This document shows positions 1-10,229 of a DNA stretch of 64,000 bases, in pieces; position 1 is the first letter of the stretch, and every line of letters starts with the position of its first letter. The notes beneath the pieces are model-generated. The model ran no database searches. It was given only the letters and a program-made list of their open reading frames with translations, and was not told where the DNA came from. Source of the DNA: Promethearchaeota archaeon. Its GTDB lineage: Archaea > Asgardarchaeota > Lokiarchaeia > Sigyniarchaeales > Promethearchaeaceae. The position numbers and the translations under genes were made by a program. Location of the stretch: the NCBI GenBank assembly GCA_004524545.1, contig SDNX01000001.1, positions 23,270 through 87,269 of the forward strand, read 5' to 3'.

Positions 1-710
1 AACATTGCTAATTTTGACCAAAGCGACATATCTATTGCTCCTAACCACCATTTCAACAGGAAATCTAGTGCAATACAGAATACCGTGAAAAACACCGTGG
101 ACCAGATGGCTTTAAACCCAAATTGATAAAAGGGGATAATACGTTTGCGGGTGATATCTTCCTTGAGTTGTGTCCGAATTGATGATAAAGAGCTGATTTG
201 GAAAATTGTGACCCATATGAAAGTAAGTATCATTAAAGTAGCCAGATATATTCCAAGGTTGTAAATCTTCCATGTTTGACGGAAACATGTGATATTAGCA
301 ATGAAAAAAATCACAATGATTGGAATTTGGTATAAATTGTTCCTCAAAACACCAATTCTACTAAACACTTTAACTTCACCAAAATCTAATTGCCGCATTT
401 GATATTTTATAGAAAATCCCGGTATAAGCATCAAAGTGATGAAATTTAGAAGATAGGCGAGACCCACCATAGCTAACCACATTAATGATTTTGAGACAAG
501 TTTACTTGCTATGTCAACCGCTGCAAACCTAGATAAAAAGGTAAATATCAGTGTTCCCCCCAATAAGGGAAACAGAAAAGAAAATGTAACCAATAAAAGT
601 TGCTCGGAATTCCGTTTGCTTTTAAATCTTTTACAAATATCCATGAAAAACCATTTGGGGGATAAAATCCATAAGTAGAATAATCGATAAAACGCTTTCG
701 GCTTTTTCAT
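1..710 (-). CDS. Polytopic membrane protein, 5' part only (gene runs off window start); ATG at 708-710 overlaps TAA stop of upstream heparinase-like gene (TAATG)
   Basis: Manual translation of minus strand from 710: MKKPKAFYRLFYLWILSPKWFF...LIPGFSIKYQ...IIVIFFIANITCF... open to position 1 with several hydrophobic helices; absent from ORF track because truncated by window edge. Confidence 0.5.
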   Translation of the reverse strand, partial: MKKPKAFYRLFYLWILSPKWFFMDICKRFKSKRNSEQLLLVTFSFLFPLLGGTLIFTFLSRFAAVDIASKLVSKSLMWLAMVGLAYLLNFITLMLIPGFSIKYQMRQLDFGEVKVFSRIGVLRNNLYQIPIIVIFFIANITCFRQTWKIYNLGIYLATLMILTFIWVTIFQISSLSSIRTQLKEDITRKRIIPFYQFGFKAIWSTVFFTVFCIALDFLLKWWLGAIDMSLWSKLAM

Positions 711-3202
711 TAGAAATTTCCCTCCAAAAGTTGAGGTCCCAAACTTATTCCATTATTCCAGCGGGGAATTAATCCAAATGGAACTAATGAGGTACCCACA
801 TACACCGATGAATCCGCACCAATTTGAATAGTGAGTGCCTCTAGTGTGTTATTTTCATCTATATACACAGAACTCCCACTTTTCTCAATTAAATGAAGAC
901 CATCTGCTGAGAGAAATTCTAAGTTTCCTGCAAGAATTTGGCTAAGATCATCTGAAGAGTTAAAATGAAGCACACTTTGCTGCCCCTTAAACCCATACTC
1001 TACGCCATTATAGTGGAAAGTCAGTAGTGCATTTTCTGTGGGATTTGCCAACGATATATGTATATCTGTCCCTTGAGATGTAGTTACCGTGAACACATTA
1101 CCAATGATGTTTCCCCGAGAATCATCCGAATACGTATTTTCACTAAAAATAAAGGGGATCCTAGTCACATTAATATCCGGTAGACCTTCTGCGGGATAAT
1201 GGACTGTAAACCAAGAAACAGAATCTCCTGTCACCCCTTGATACCTTAAGGTGGTAGCATTCTCAAAATATCCTGTTTCTGTACGGTCAGCTCTTGTTCC
1301 ATATGGCTGACCAAATTCTTCAATACTTCCATCGTAAATGATGTCCATGGAGTTCCAAGGCCCGAAGACATACACTCCAATATTCGAGCTAATAAAATCG
1401 GTACGTATATTATAATTATTATTACCTGTAAATTCCGCAATCACTTTGGAGTTCTCATCTAATTTTGATATATTCGCATAGGGAAGATGCCATAATAAAG
1501 TAAGATCATCATTTTTTCCATGCCAAAAATCAGACACAACCCAATAGCGGTTTAGATCTGAGCTATTTGAGGTACCTTCTAGAGTGTCTGAGGGTTTGGT
1601 ATCCCGAAAATTACAAAAGATCACTTCGCGATCCCACATATCACCGTAGTCTTTGGTGTTTGCACGTGCGACACTACCAAGATATCCTGCTGTCCATTGA
1701 GAATCATATGGTTTTGCCATAGATTGTTGTTTTCCATTAACTAATATAACATTGTGGGAATAGGATTGCCTGAAATAATTCGAGTAATCATCATGAGTAT
1801 ATGAGGAAATTCCAGGATCGAGCAACAAACGTCTTCCATATGCGTAAAACTGCACACTTCCAAAATCTTGATGAGTATGATAAAATTCCCCATAAGTGCC
1901 TCCATCAAAATAGGAATATAACGCATCAGAATCATTCCAAGCGCTACGTGAGTTGTAAACACCAATATCCTTGAAATATGCACTTAAATTTGGCGGGATT
2001 AACCCTATCGCATTACCATTTGAATCAAAATAGGAGAATTCAGGATTACTCGGGTAGAAAACACTGCCTTGACCAAGATAATTTTTCAAATATTTAAGTC
2101 GTGTATCTCCGAAAGTTGTCCCATAATAATCCGGCAAAGTGTTATGTAGCAAAAATAGATAAGAATTCAAGATTGAATCTTTTAATGTAAGGGGACCTTC
2201 TAAATGAGGATAATAATCTGCAATTTCTAAACAGTCTAGCACATCTCTTGCTGCAATCGCATGATAATTTAATGCATGTTCACGGGAAGCCCCATCGGGA
2301 TAAAAAGTATTTTGAACAACGCTTGAAAGTGTATCCCACACTTCTTGTTCCCAATCCACGGTAGGAGTGAATTCAGGAAAATAGGCACATAATCTTAATA
2401 ACGCTTTAGATTCCATGAATGCCCAATTATATTGTGTTTTATGAAAGTCATTGATAAATCTTCCATGGTCGGCAATAAAACGTAAAAAAAGAAAACAAAA
2501 TCTGGGTGTAAAATAAGTCGAATATCTAAGTGTCTCCCCCACTGTCATTATCCTTTGTAAGCGTAATGCAGAATCAAGGGTTCTCCAAGTATATGCTGAA
2601 CCTACAGGTTCCTTCATTATAAAGTCTGTAATTAAATCAATACATTCGCGAGCATAAATCTCTGCTTGACTGATGTTTCCAATTGCTATGTTTCCTATGT
2701 ATGCACGTGCAAAATCTTCTAGCCAACTCCATCTAGAGAATTGCCAAATCCACTCGTCATCTTGCGGATAGGGATTATCGTGCCAATTTGTGTTAGGTAC
2801 TTCTCTTCCATTTACAATAATTGTCTCAGATTCAGGATAAGTATGAAGTTGAAGAGTTTTGCTGTGATGAGTAAATATTCGCTGAATGGCCAAATCCACT
2901 CGTTCCATCTCTTCTGTAAGATTATAGCAGACTAATTCATAGTTAGTGTCATTTGGTCGGTTTAAGTAGTATTGTTTTAGTGTAATTTTCGCAATTTCAA
3001 TCTCTCCCGCTTCATAGGCATCTTTTGCTTGTCTAATGGTGGGATAATTACCATCTAAAAGAGAAAAAAACAATGATTCACTATACGATGTGGGTTCTTG
3101 GGGAAGATTGGGATATATTGCCAAAAACACTAAAGGTCCGACTATAAGAACAATGTTCAAACCACTAGAAAGTATTCGTTTCCAGCGCTTGGAAATCTTC
3201 AT
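710..3202 (-). CDS. Heparinase II/III-like (alginate-lyase superfamily) polysaccharide lyase with N-terminal signal anchor
   Basis: 830 aa; N-terminal TM (LNIVLIVGPLVFLAIY); W-x-W-Q-F-S-R-W-S-W-L...ARAY segment resembles Hepar_II_III N-domain W.WQLHRH.WL..AY signature; large beta-rich C-terminus. Confidence 0.55.
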   Translation of the reverse strand: MKISKRWKRILSSGLNIVLIVGPLVFLAIYPNLPQEPTSYSESLFFSLLDGNYPTIRQAKDAYEAGEIEIAKITLKQYYLNRPNDTNYELVCYNLTEEMERVDLAIQRIFTHHSKTLQLHTYPESETIIVNGREVPNTNWHDNPYPQDDEWIWQFSRWSWLEDFARAYIGNIAIGNISQAEIYARECIDLITDFIMKEPVGSAYTWRTLDSALRLQRIMTVGETLRYSTYFTPRFCFLFLRFIADHGRFINDFHKTQYNWAFMESKALLRLCAYFPEFTPTVDWEQEVWDTLSSVVQNTFYPDGASREHALNYHAIAARDVLDCLEIADYYPHLEGPLTLKDSILNSYLFLLHNTLPDYYGTTFGDTRLKYLKNYLGQGSVFYPSNPEFSYFDSNGNAIGLIPPNLSAYFKDIGVYNSRSAWNDSDALYSYFDGGTYGEFYHTHQDFGSVQFYAYGRRLLLDPGISSYTHDDYSNYFRQSYSHNVILVNGKQQSMAKPYDSQWTAGYLGSVARANTKDYGDMWDREVIFCNFRDTKPSDTLEGTSNSSDLNRYWVVSDFWHGKNDDLTLLWHLPYANISKLDENSKVIAEFTGNNNYNIRTDFISSNIGVYVFGPWNSMDIIYDGSIEEFGQPYGTRADRTETGYFENATTLRYQGVTGDSVSWFTVHYPAEGLPDINVTRIPFIFSENTYSDDSRGNIIGNVFTVTTSQGTDIHISLANPTENALLTFHYNGVEYGFKGQQSVLHFNSSDDLSQILAGNLEFLSADGLHLIEKSGSSVYIDENNTLEALTIQIGADSSVYVGTSLVPFGLIPRWNNGISLGPQLLEGNF

Positions 3203-3265
3203 TATATCCCTAAGTATATCATCTTCGATTAAAGGTTTTAGGGAAGGAACAAAATGAAATACTGC

Positions 3266-4552
3266 TCAAGAAAGATGGACATCGGTATTAGGAATTATGG
3301 AATATTGCTCTTCTAAACCGGATTGAGTTGATATTACAGCAATCCAATAAAGTGGAATTAGAGAGATTTCAACAAAGATTGATATTATAAAGGGTGATGT
3401 CCTTCCTTGAAACTGCCATGCAAGACCACCAAGAATCGGTCCAATTATTCCCCCTAAATTGGCAAAAAATGCGTTCATTCCAAAAATTTTTCCTCGATGT
3501 TTTTTCGAGATTCTACTCAAGTAATTTTGGACAGTTAACCCACCGATGGTCGCAATCGTCATATCAAAAACTAGAATGATAGCAAATACAATGATATTCT
3601 GGGATCCCCATTGAATCAACGCATACGTTAAGAAAGCTCCTAATGAAGCTGTAACTAGAATAGTGTATTTCGGTGGCAATTTATCTACTAATTTACCTAA
3701 TTTAGGAGCTAATATAAAGTTAAGAACTCCCGCTGGAATGTAAACTGATCCTACAACCATCATATTTGCACTAAATACGTCTTGGACATATTTTATGATA
3801 AACGGAGAGGCAAGTGATCCATTAGTGGAGGATAATAATAATACGATAAATAGAATAAAAAATCCAAAAATTATTCGTTTTGGCTTTTTTAGGTTTAAAT
3901 CTTCATGAGAATTGTCTTCAGTTCCCGGAGATTTGATTTCTAGTGATTCATCAACCTTCCCTTGAAAGAGGAATCCTCCCACAATATTAGTAACCCCATA
4001 AAAGACGATAGGAGCAAATATTAAAAGAGGAGAATTAGGAATATACACATCCATAAATCCTGAATATGCTATTCCGATTAAAGCCCCTAAGAAAATACTG
4101 ATTCCTAAAAAAAAATCCCGTTGACCCAACGCACTTGCCCGATGATCTTTATGAGATTTATTCCCCAGTAGTGCATTGAAGGGGACCCAAAAGAATGACA
4201 CAGAAAATCCTATGATAAATGAGCCAGTAACAAACAAGTAGTAAGATTCCAAAAATAATGCAAGATAAAGAACAAAATATGCTACACCTCGTCCAATAGA
4301 TCCAATCAACACGAGTTTCTTTTTTGACCATCGATCAGTAATGATTCCAGCTAGAGGAGAACTTATCATATACCCAATTGGATGGACTGAAAAAATTAAC
4401 CCTAATTGAGGAGTATTTATCTCGAAAACAGAGTCCGCAATAATAGGAATCATGAATTGTAGATAGAAAAATGCTAATCCAGTTAATAACAATGTTGTGA
4501 CCATAGAACGGAAATCTGAAGTATATTTTGCAAGAGGGAATTCACTATCCAT
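3266..4552 (-). CDS. MFS transporter (12 TM)
   Basis: 428 aa polytopic; MFS loop 2-3 motif GIITDRWSKKKLVLIGSIGRG; paralog of 39881..41155. Confidence 0.75.
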   Translation of the reverse strand: MDSEFPLAKYTSDFRSMVTTLLLTGLAFFYLQFMIPIIADSVFEINTPQLGLIFSVHPIGYMISSPLAGIITDRWSKKKLVLIGSIGRGVAYFVLYLALFLESYYLFVTGSFIIGFSVSFFWVPFNALLGNKSHKDHRASALGQRDFFLGISIFLGALIGIAYSGFMDVYIPNSPLLIFAPIVFYGVTNIVGGFLFQGKVDESLEIKSPGTEDNSHEDLNLKKPKRIIFGFFILFIVLLLSSTNGSLASPFIIKYVQDVFSANMMVVGSVYIPAGVLNFILAPKLGKLVDKLPPKYTILVTASLGAFLTYALIQWGSQNIIVFAIILVFDMTIATIGGLTVQNYLSRISKKHRGKIFGMNAFFANLGGIIGPILGGLAWQFQGRTSPFIISIFVEISLIPLYWIAVISTQSGLEEQYSIIPNTDVHLS

Positions 4553-4668
4553 AACATCATCAAATCAAGATTATGTATGATAGATCAATTGTTGTTATTA
4601 TAAAAACTTCATACTTCAAGAGTGTACAATTTTATTGCAGTTTTAAAGCAAATATCGAAAGTTATAAT

Positions 4669-4974
4669 ATGGTAATTCCAACATTTGAGCGAAGTCTTGA
4701 TTTACTAATCGATAATGATTTTGAACTCACTGAGGAAGAAATCGACCAACTACTTGCATTATTGAGTAGGGATGGGAACTTAATCAAAAACATTGATGCA
4801 TTGGTTAAAAGTATTGAACCAACCGACAATGTAAAAGATGATTTGAAAAATTCAATAAAAAAAGTAGTCAATGCGAATTGTGCCTTTGTGGAGCATTTGT
4901 ATGAAAAAATAATCGGTGACAAAAAACTGATTTCCTTTATCCAAGAGCTCTTATTGAAAAGAATGATAGATTAG
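4669..4974 (+). CDS. Hypothetical acidic alpha-helical protein
   Basis: ORF 4573..4974; internal ATG at 4669 (MVIPTFERS...) gives a plausible divergent intergenic spacer; no recognisable motif. Confidence 0.3.
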   Translation: MVIPTFERSLDLLIDNDFELTEEEIDQLLALLSRDGNLIKNIDALVKSIEPTDNVKDDLKNSIKKVVNANCAFVEHLYEKIIGDKKLISFIQELLLKRMID

Positions 4975-5111
4975 AGAAAGCATAAAACATAATAGAATTG
5001 GTTACATTGAGTAATTGGGTAGCTGATTGTATAGTGGAAATTTGAGAAGGGAATATTCCTACTATGATAATTTCTCTCCCTTTCAGCTACTCCTTGAAAA
5101 ATTATTATTTA

Positions 5112-5882
5112 TTAATTTGGTTGGGGGCTGCCACAAATCGGACATATTCCCCAATCAGATTTAATTTTACTTTTACAATTCATACAAAGTTTTAGATTCG
5201 CATCACGTTGTACTTGATCTAAAGGGGTAAATACTACTCCCGATTGAGGTGGATTAGACCCTTGTTTCGGAGGAACTGGGGGAATATCTAATTCATGTTG
5301 AAATCGATGAGGGGTAAGCAATTTTTGTACCGGGGAAAGGGTTTCTGCAGAGGGTTGATTCATATAAGGTGCTGCAGATTTAGTAGGGGCGGTAACAGGG
5401 GGTTGAGTTTCTGGAAGCTCAGATTCCACACTTTCCGTAACATGATAATAATAGTAATTTTGACTGTTATCCTCTGTGAATTCCAAGTTGTTTTCATCAA
5501 TCCCCTTCAAGTAATACACTATTGTTGAATTTATGGGTACATTCATAATATCGGCTGCAAAATAGTCTGCTTCTCTTATCATATCCATCTGAAACCATGA
5601 GATCCCATTATCTGCTGAGAAGAATAAGGTTAATTTAGAAATTCTTACGTCATCTTCGGTTAGCTGCGCAATTATTTTGATAGTTTTTTCTTTTTCGGTC
5701 ACAGGTTGTTGGGGTTGAGTTGGTTGCTCAGAAGTTGCGCTGGTTTCACTAACTGATATTCCTCCTTCACCCTTCCAGCTTGCATGACATTTAGGGCAAA
5801 CAGTGAACCAATTAGGATACTCAAAAGTACAATTTGGGCACTTCCGTGTCCAATATCGAGTTGTTTTAATTTTCTTCGCCAT
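5112..5882 (-). CDS. Zinc-ribbon protein (N-terminal CPNC..CPKC and C-terminal CMNC..CPIC ribbons flanking a P/Q-rich linker and middle domain)
   Basis: 256 aa; C-x2-C-x11-C-x2-C at both ends; Pro/Gln/Thr-rich low complexity. Confidence 0.45.
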   Translation of the reverse strand: MAKKIKTTRYWTRKCPNCTFEYPNWFTVCPKCHASWKGEGGISVSETSATSEQPTQPQQPVTEKEKTIKIIAQLTEDDVRISKLTLFFSADNGISWFQMDMIREADYFAADIMNVPINSTIVYYLKGIDENNLEFTEDNSQNYYYYHVTESVESELPETQPPVTAPTKSAAPYMNQPSAETLSPVQKLLTPHRFQHELDIPPVPPKQGSNPPQSGVVFTPLDQVQRDANLKLCMNCKSKIKSDWGICPICGSPQPN

Positions 5883-6090
5883 GGACGGTCTTCTCTCCTA
5901 GTGATCTACGGTACGGTATATTTTATTTTTTGCGGATTGCCTTGTCAGTAATACGTCATTATTATATAAGATCCGACGTGCTAATAAAATTCCTCATTAA
6001 AAAAACAATCGGGATCAGATTCATATTATCAAGAGACTAGAAAACTTTTTTTCATCTTGTAGAAAAAAATACATAAGCGGAGCAACGAGC

Positions 6091-8130
6091 ATGAAATATC
6101 TATTAAATCGGAAAGGAACTTTCAAGGTAGATTTGCATAACGAAGGAATTAATGAAGGGTGGTGGATTCCTTCTTGGATTGAAGCTAACAAAAACACATT
6201 AGAGTCCATTGAGTTACCTAATTGTTGGAATTCTATTCCTTCATTACGCAAATTTGAGGGGATTGTGTGGTTTTTTCTAGAGTTTGACAACATTCCTGGA
6301 TATACTGAACTTTCAAAACGTGCCCGTTTATATGATCTATATCTTCATTTAAAGGGTGCAAACTACAATTCCACTGTGTGGTTAAATGGAGTAGAATTAG
6401 GCACACATGATTATGGATTCCTTCCTTTTGAGTTCAAAGTTATCTCGGACACTCTCAATACAGGGGATTCAAATTATATTGCTGTCCGGGTAGAAAATTT
6501 CCGGAAGAAAAATCGCATCCCGTGTAAATCCTTTGACTGGTACAATTACGGTGGAATTTATCGAGATATCGAATTCCATATAAAAGAAAAATATCGCATA
6601 GATTGGATGGGAGTTTCTTCAGAAGTTAATTCTGTTTCAAATGCCAAAATAAATGTAAAAATTCGAATTGTGGATAATCGTGAGAATATCACAACAGTAG
6701 AAGAGATGATGCACCACATTACGTGGAATTTATACTACATCGGAGATATTTCAACAGGTTCACGAGGAGAAAAACCAGTAATCGCGTTCAATGAAGATTC
6801 TCAGCAATCTTCTGAGAGTGAAGAACCATTGATAGATGATACGGATATTATCGACGATTTCTTAAATGAGTCTACTCTCAACCCTACCGTCGATTCTATT
6901 CGTACCGATCGTATCCAAGAGCCTGAAGTGTTAATAAAGTCCGGAGATAAGCGATTTGTGGATATGAAGAAGAATGAATTTACTTTTGAGCTCGAAAATC
7001 CAAAATTATGGAACCCCAACCATCCCGAATTATATAAACTGGAAGTACACCTAGCAGGGACGAATTTTCGAAAAAGTGTACGCTTCGGAGTGCGTAGTAT
7101 AAAATCCACAAAAAATGGATTATTTCTCAATAATAAACGAATAAAATTATATGGGGTCAGTCTTCATGAGGAACAGATACCCTATTACCGCACTATGTCA
7201 ACCGAAATCCGCAATAGTGATGTGTTGGCAATAAAAAAACTCGGATTTAATGCGTTACGTACGGCACATTATCCTCATGATGAATCGTTAATCGAACTAG
7301 CAGATATTGAAGGGCTGTTAATTTTAGAAGAAATTCCAGTATATTGGGGGGTGGCATTTGAGGATCCCGAAGTATTTAAAACCGCTGCGCATATGATGCG
7401 AACTTTAATTTTTCGAGATTACAATCATCCCAGTGTGATTATGTGGAGTTGTGGAAATGAAATCCCTGTTTCTAACCTTGCATGCTCCCGGTTTATAAAG
7501 AACCTTATGCGTTATGCTCGGACTTTGGATGAAAGTCGATTGATATCTTATGTAAGTATGACTATGTTTACAGACCGCGTGCGTAGAAAATCTGATATTA
7601 ATTGTATCAACACATATTGGGGATGGTATTACTTATCTCACCGTTCATTAGGATTTATGATGGATACAATACGGTATACTAATTCCAAAAGACATTGGGT
7701 GCTGACAGAATTTGGAGCTGGGGCGAAATTGGGATTCTATAAACCCTTACGTTCTGCATTTAAATTTTCCGAGGAATATCAAGCTTCTGTGATTTCTCAT
7801 CATATCAAAACATTAAACTCCCGAGACTATATGGCAGGTTGGTTCATCTGGATCTACCGAGATTTTAAAAGTCATATGCGTTTGAATCCTTATCAGTCTG
7901 GGTATAATCGAAAGGGAATTGTAGATGAGAATAATAATAGGAAATTGATTGCGAAAATCATGCCGAAGATTATTCGAAAGCATTCCCCTAAAATCCGAAA
8001 CCATAATCTTCTTGCAGCTATTTTCCTTGGGATTATCTATCCCATTGCTAGAGTAATCGGCGTAGTAATTGATATAATTCATCCGCAATTAGGAGAAAAA
8101 GACGCAGACGAATATTACGTCACCGAATGA
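6091..8130 (+). CDS. Glycoside hydrolase family 2, beta-glucuronidase-like (GusA-like), with internal acidic insertion and C-terminal hydrophobic tail
   Basis: NALRTAHYPH, NHPSVIMWSCGNE (acid/base region) and VLTEFGAGA (nucleophile region) match GH2 GusA/LacZ motifs; C-terminal LLAAIFLGIIYPIARVIGVVIDII helix. Confidence 0.8.
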   Translation: MKYLLNRKGTFKVDLHNEGINEGWWIPSWIEANKNTLESIELPNCWNSIPSLRKFEGIVWFFLEFDNIPGYTELSKRARLYDLYLHLKGANYNSTVWLNGVELGTHDYGFLPFEFKVISDTLNTGDSNYIAVRVENFRKKNRIPCKSFDWYNYGGIYRDIEFHIKEKYRIDWMGVSSEVNSVSNAKINVKIRIVDNRENITTVEEMMHHITWNLYYIGDISTGSRGEKPVIAFNEDSQQSSESEEPLIDDTDIIDDFLNESTLNPTVDSIRTDRIQEPEVLIKSGDKRFVDMKKNEFTFELENPKLWNPNHPELYKLEVHLAGTNFRKSVRFGVRSIKSTKNGLFLNNKRIKLYGVSLHEEQIPYYRTMSTEIRNSDVLAIKKLGFNALRTAHYPHDESLIELADIEGLLILEEIPVYWGVAFEDPEVFKTAAHMMRTLIFRDYNHPSVIMWSCGNEIPVSNLACSRFIKNLMRYARTLDESRLISYVSMTMFTDRVRRKSDINCINTYWGWYYLSHRSLGFMMDTIRYTNSKRHWVLTEFGAGAKLGFYKPLRSAFKFSEEYQASVISHHIKTLNSRDYMAGWFIWIYRDFKSHMRLNPYQSGYNRKGIVDENNNRKLIAKIMPKIIRKHSPKIRNHNLLAAIFLGIIYPIARVIGVVIDIIHPQLGEKDADEYYVTE

Positions 8131-8208
8131 GAAAAGGTTTAGGTGACATTCTCTTTTTTCTCCATACATAGATTTGTTTCGCATTTGATACATAGTCTAT
8201 AATTTGAA

Positions 8209-9147
8209 GTGATTAATTTGACCGCAGCAGAGGACTTTCATATTGTGTTTGACCAAATTCACAATAATTCAATAACAATTGAAACAAACGCATATAATTC
8301 GTTTATTCAGTATTTATTTCAACAGAACTTGCGTGTTGGTAAATTAACCGCTACGTTGAGCTCCGAAACCCTTCGGCCTTATGAAATTCTAATTTTAGGA
8401 AACCCCCAAGACTCTACCTATTCCATAAATGAAATTTATTCTATTTTAGAATTTGTGAGAAAGGGGGGATCTGTAATTATATTCTCCGATGAAGGGGGAG
8501 ATTTATCAAATCGATCCAATTTAAATGAACTTACTATAAACTTTGGATTCAAAATACTACCAAACATCATCTATGATCCAGTATCTCATGTAGATAAAGT
8601 CGTGCGGCCTTTAATCAATAATTTTCTCCCACACCCTGCAACAGAGGAGGTAGATGCGATTGTATATTCGTCTGGATGCTCATTTGAGATTATGAATGCA
8701 GAAGAATTTGCCGAATATCGTGATGTATCTGTCCAACCCATTGCATTTGCCTCCCCAACATGTAAAATGAAGATATTTGAAAATCAAAAATGGGTAGAAT
8801 ATCCGTCCCCTAATTCCATTGTGGCAGTTGCGGGAAGGTATTTCGAGGGACATGTTATTGCATTAGGGACTCCTTCATTATTGTCCTCATTAAGTAATAA
8901 TTATGGGTTTAAAGCCAGAGACAATATGAAATTGATCAAAAATATATTTGAATGGTGTTTAACTCCTGCAGAAAATATGTTTAGTATTACGCAAGTGCTT
9001 GGAGATCGGGTAGAAGCACTCATCCAGATTGAAAAAGAGTTATTTCAATGGACGATGGAATTAGTTGCGAAAAATCAATGGGGTGATTTATCCAATATCA
9101 TTAACCATAGTCTAAAGGTATTCCAGAAAAAACTACGGAAATCTTAA
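8209..9147 (+). CDS. Hypothetical protein, DUF4350-like / class-I glutamine amidotransferase-like fold (possible GH-associated)
   Basis: 312 aa; ILILGNPQD...EFVRKGGSVIIFSDEGGD pattern; immediately downstream of GH2 gene on same strand. Confidence 0.35.
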   Translation: MINLTAAEDFHIVFDQIHNNSITIETNAYNSFIQYLFQQNLRVGKLTATLSSETLRPYEILILGNPQDSTYSINEIYSILEFVRKGGSVIIFSDEGGDLSNRSNLNELTINFGFKILPNIIYDPVSHVDKVVRPLINNFLPHPATEEVDAIVYSSGCSFEIMNAEEFAEYRDVSVQPIAFASPTCKMKIFENQKWVEYPSPNSIVAVAGRYFEGHVIALGTPSLLSSLSNNYGFKARDNMKLIKNIFEWCLTPAENMFSITQVLGDRVEALIQIEKELFQWTMELVAKNQWGDLSNIINHSLKVFQKKLRKS

Positions 9148-9974
9148 ACAAGTTCATCTAAATGCTGCTCTATATACTGTAGTACTCCTCCATCCTTATT
9201 CGACGGACAAACATGATCGGCATATTTTGTTTTGATCTCTTCAGGTGCATTTTCGACAACGACGACCTTTCCAGCCAGTTGGAACATACCTACATCATTA
9301 TAATTATCTCCGAAAATGATCGTATCTTCTACAGAATATCCTTTTTTCTTCAACAAGGATTCCACCATTACTTCTTTTCGAGCGTTTAAAGGATTATATT
9401 CCAACCAATACATTCCTGGTAAAAAAGAATCCTCAAAATAGAGAATATGAGAGCCTTGCAGTATCTTTTCATCGTTTCGGGACAGTTCATATATTTCATC
9501 GAGTCGTTTTTTTGGGTACATGAATTGAATACTGATAACAGGATCTTCTAAATACGGATAGAATTCATTTGGATGTAATCTCTTAATGAAGTTAAAATCC
9601 AACCAGTTTCCTTTTATAAAACGAGGATAACCATTCTTCTTGTCATAGTAAGCAAATACTATTGTCTGAAGACTTAATTTATCTGCGAGAGTGTAAATAT
9701 TTTGTACTGTTTCATGGGGAATGGTAAGATAGTCTAATACTGATCCGGAAGGATAATCCGCCATAATTGCCCCATTTGTTAATATTACTGGATTTCGGAT
9801 ATGTGTATTTCGAATTGCAATGTGAGTGTTTTCAAAATCACGCCCTGTGGCTATTGTTAAATCAATTCCTTTGTCCAGCAACGAATTTAATCTATTAGCA
9901 TACTTCGGAGATAACCCATTTATGTCGTCCAATAGCGTTCCATCAAGGTCACATATCAGTAGTTTTTTCGCCAA
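9144..9974 (-). CDS. HAD-IIB Cof-type phosphatase
   Basis: Motif I LICDLDGTLLD, motif IV GDNYNDVGMF; 276 aa. Confidence 0.8.
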   Translation of the reverse strand: MAKKLLICDLDGTLLDDINGLSPKYANRLNSLLDKGIDLTIATGRDFENTHIAIRNTHIRNPVILTNGAIMADYPSGSVLDYLTIPHETVQNIYTLADKLSLQTIVFAYYDKKNGYPRFIKGNWLDFNFIKRLHPNEFYPYLEDPVISIQFMYPKKRLDEIYELSRNDEKILQGSHILYFEDSFLPGMYWLEYNPLNARKEVMVESLLKKKGYSVEDTIIFGDNYNDVGMFQLAGKVVVVENAPEEIKTKYADHVCPSNKDGGVLQYIEQHLDELV

Positions 9975-10229
9975 TAGAATACACTCTCTGAATTTTGTAA
10001 GTTTTTGATGGGATATTTAAAAAGAAAACGATAAAAACCTAATAACTGAGAAATCAATTTGAAAAATTTTCTATATCTAGAATTCTGAATGTATTGTCGG
10101 GATAAATAAAAGGCAAACCCTAAAGCAATTAAAAAATTAAAGTTATATATTCCGATTTACATGAAGGACATGTCAAGTAACTGTTCTCCTTCAAGACGTA
10201 AACATAGTTAGATAAACTGGTAACATAAA

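Noticed and set aside
1246-2935. Small ORFs inside the heparinase-like gene (both strands)
   Set aside because: Nested within an 830-aa ORF with coherent domain content
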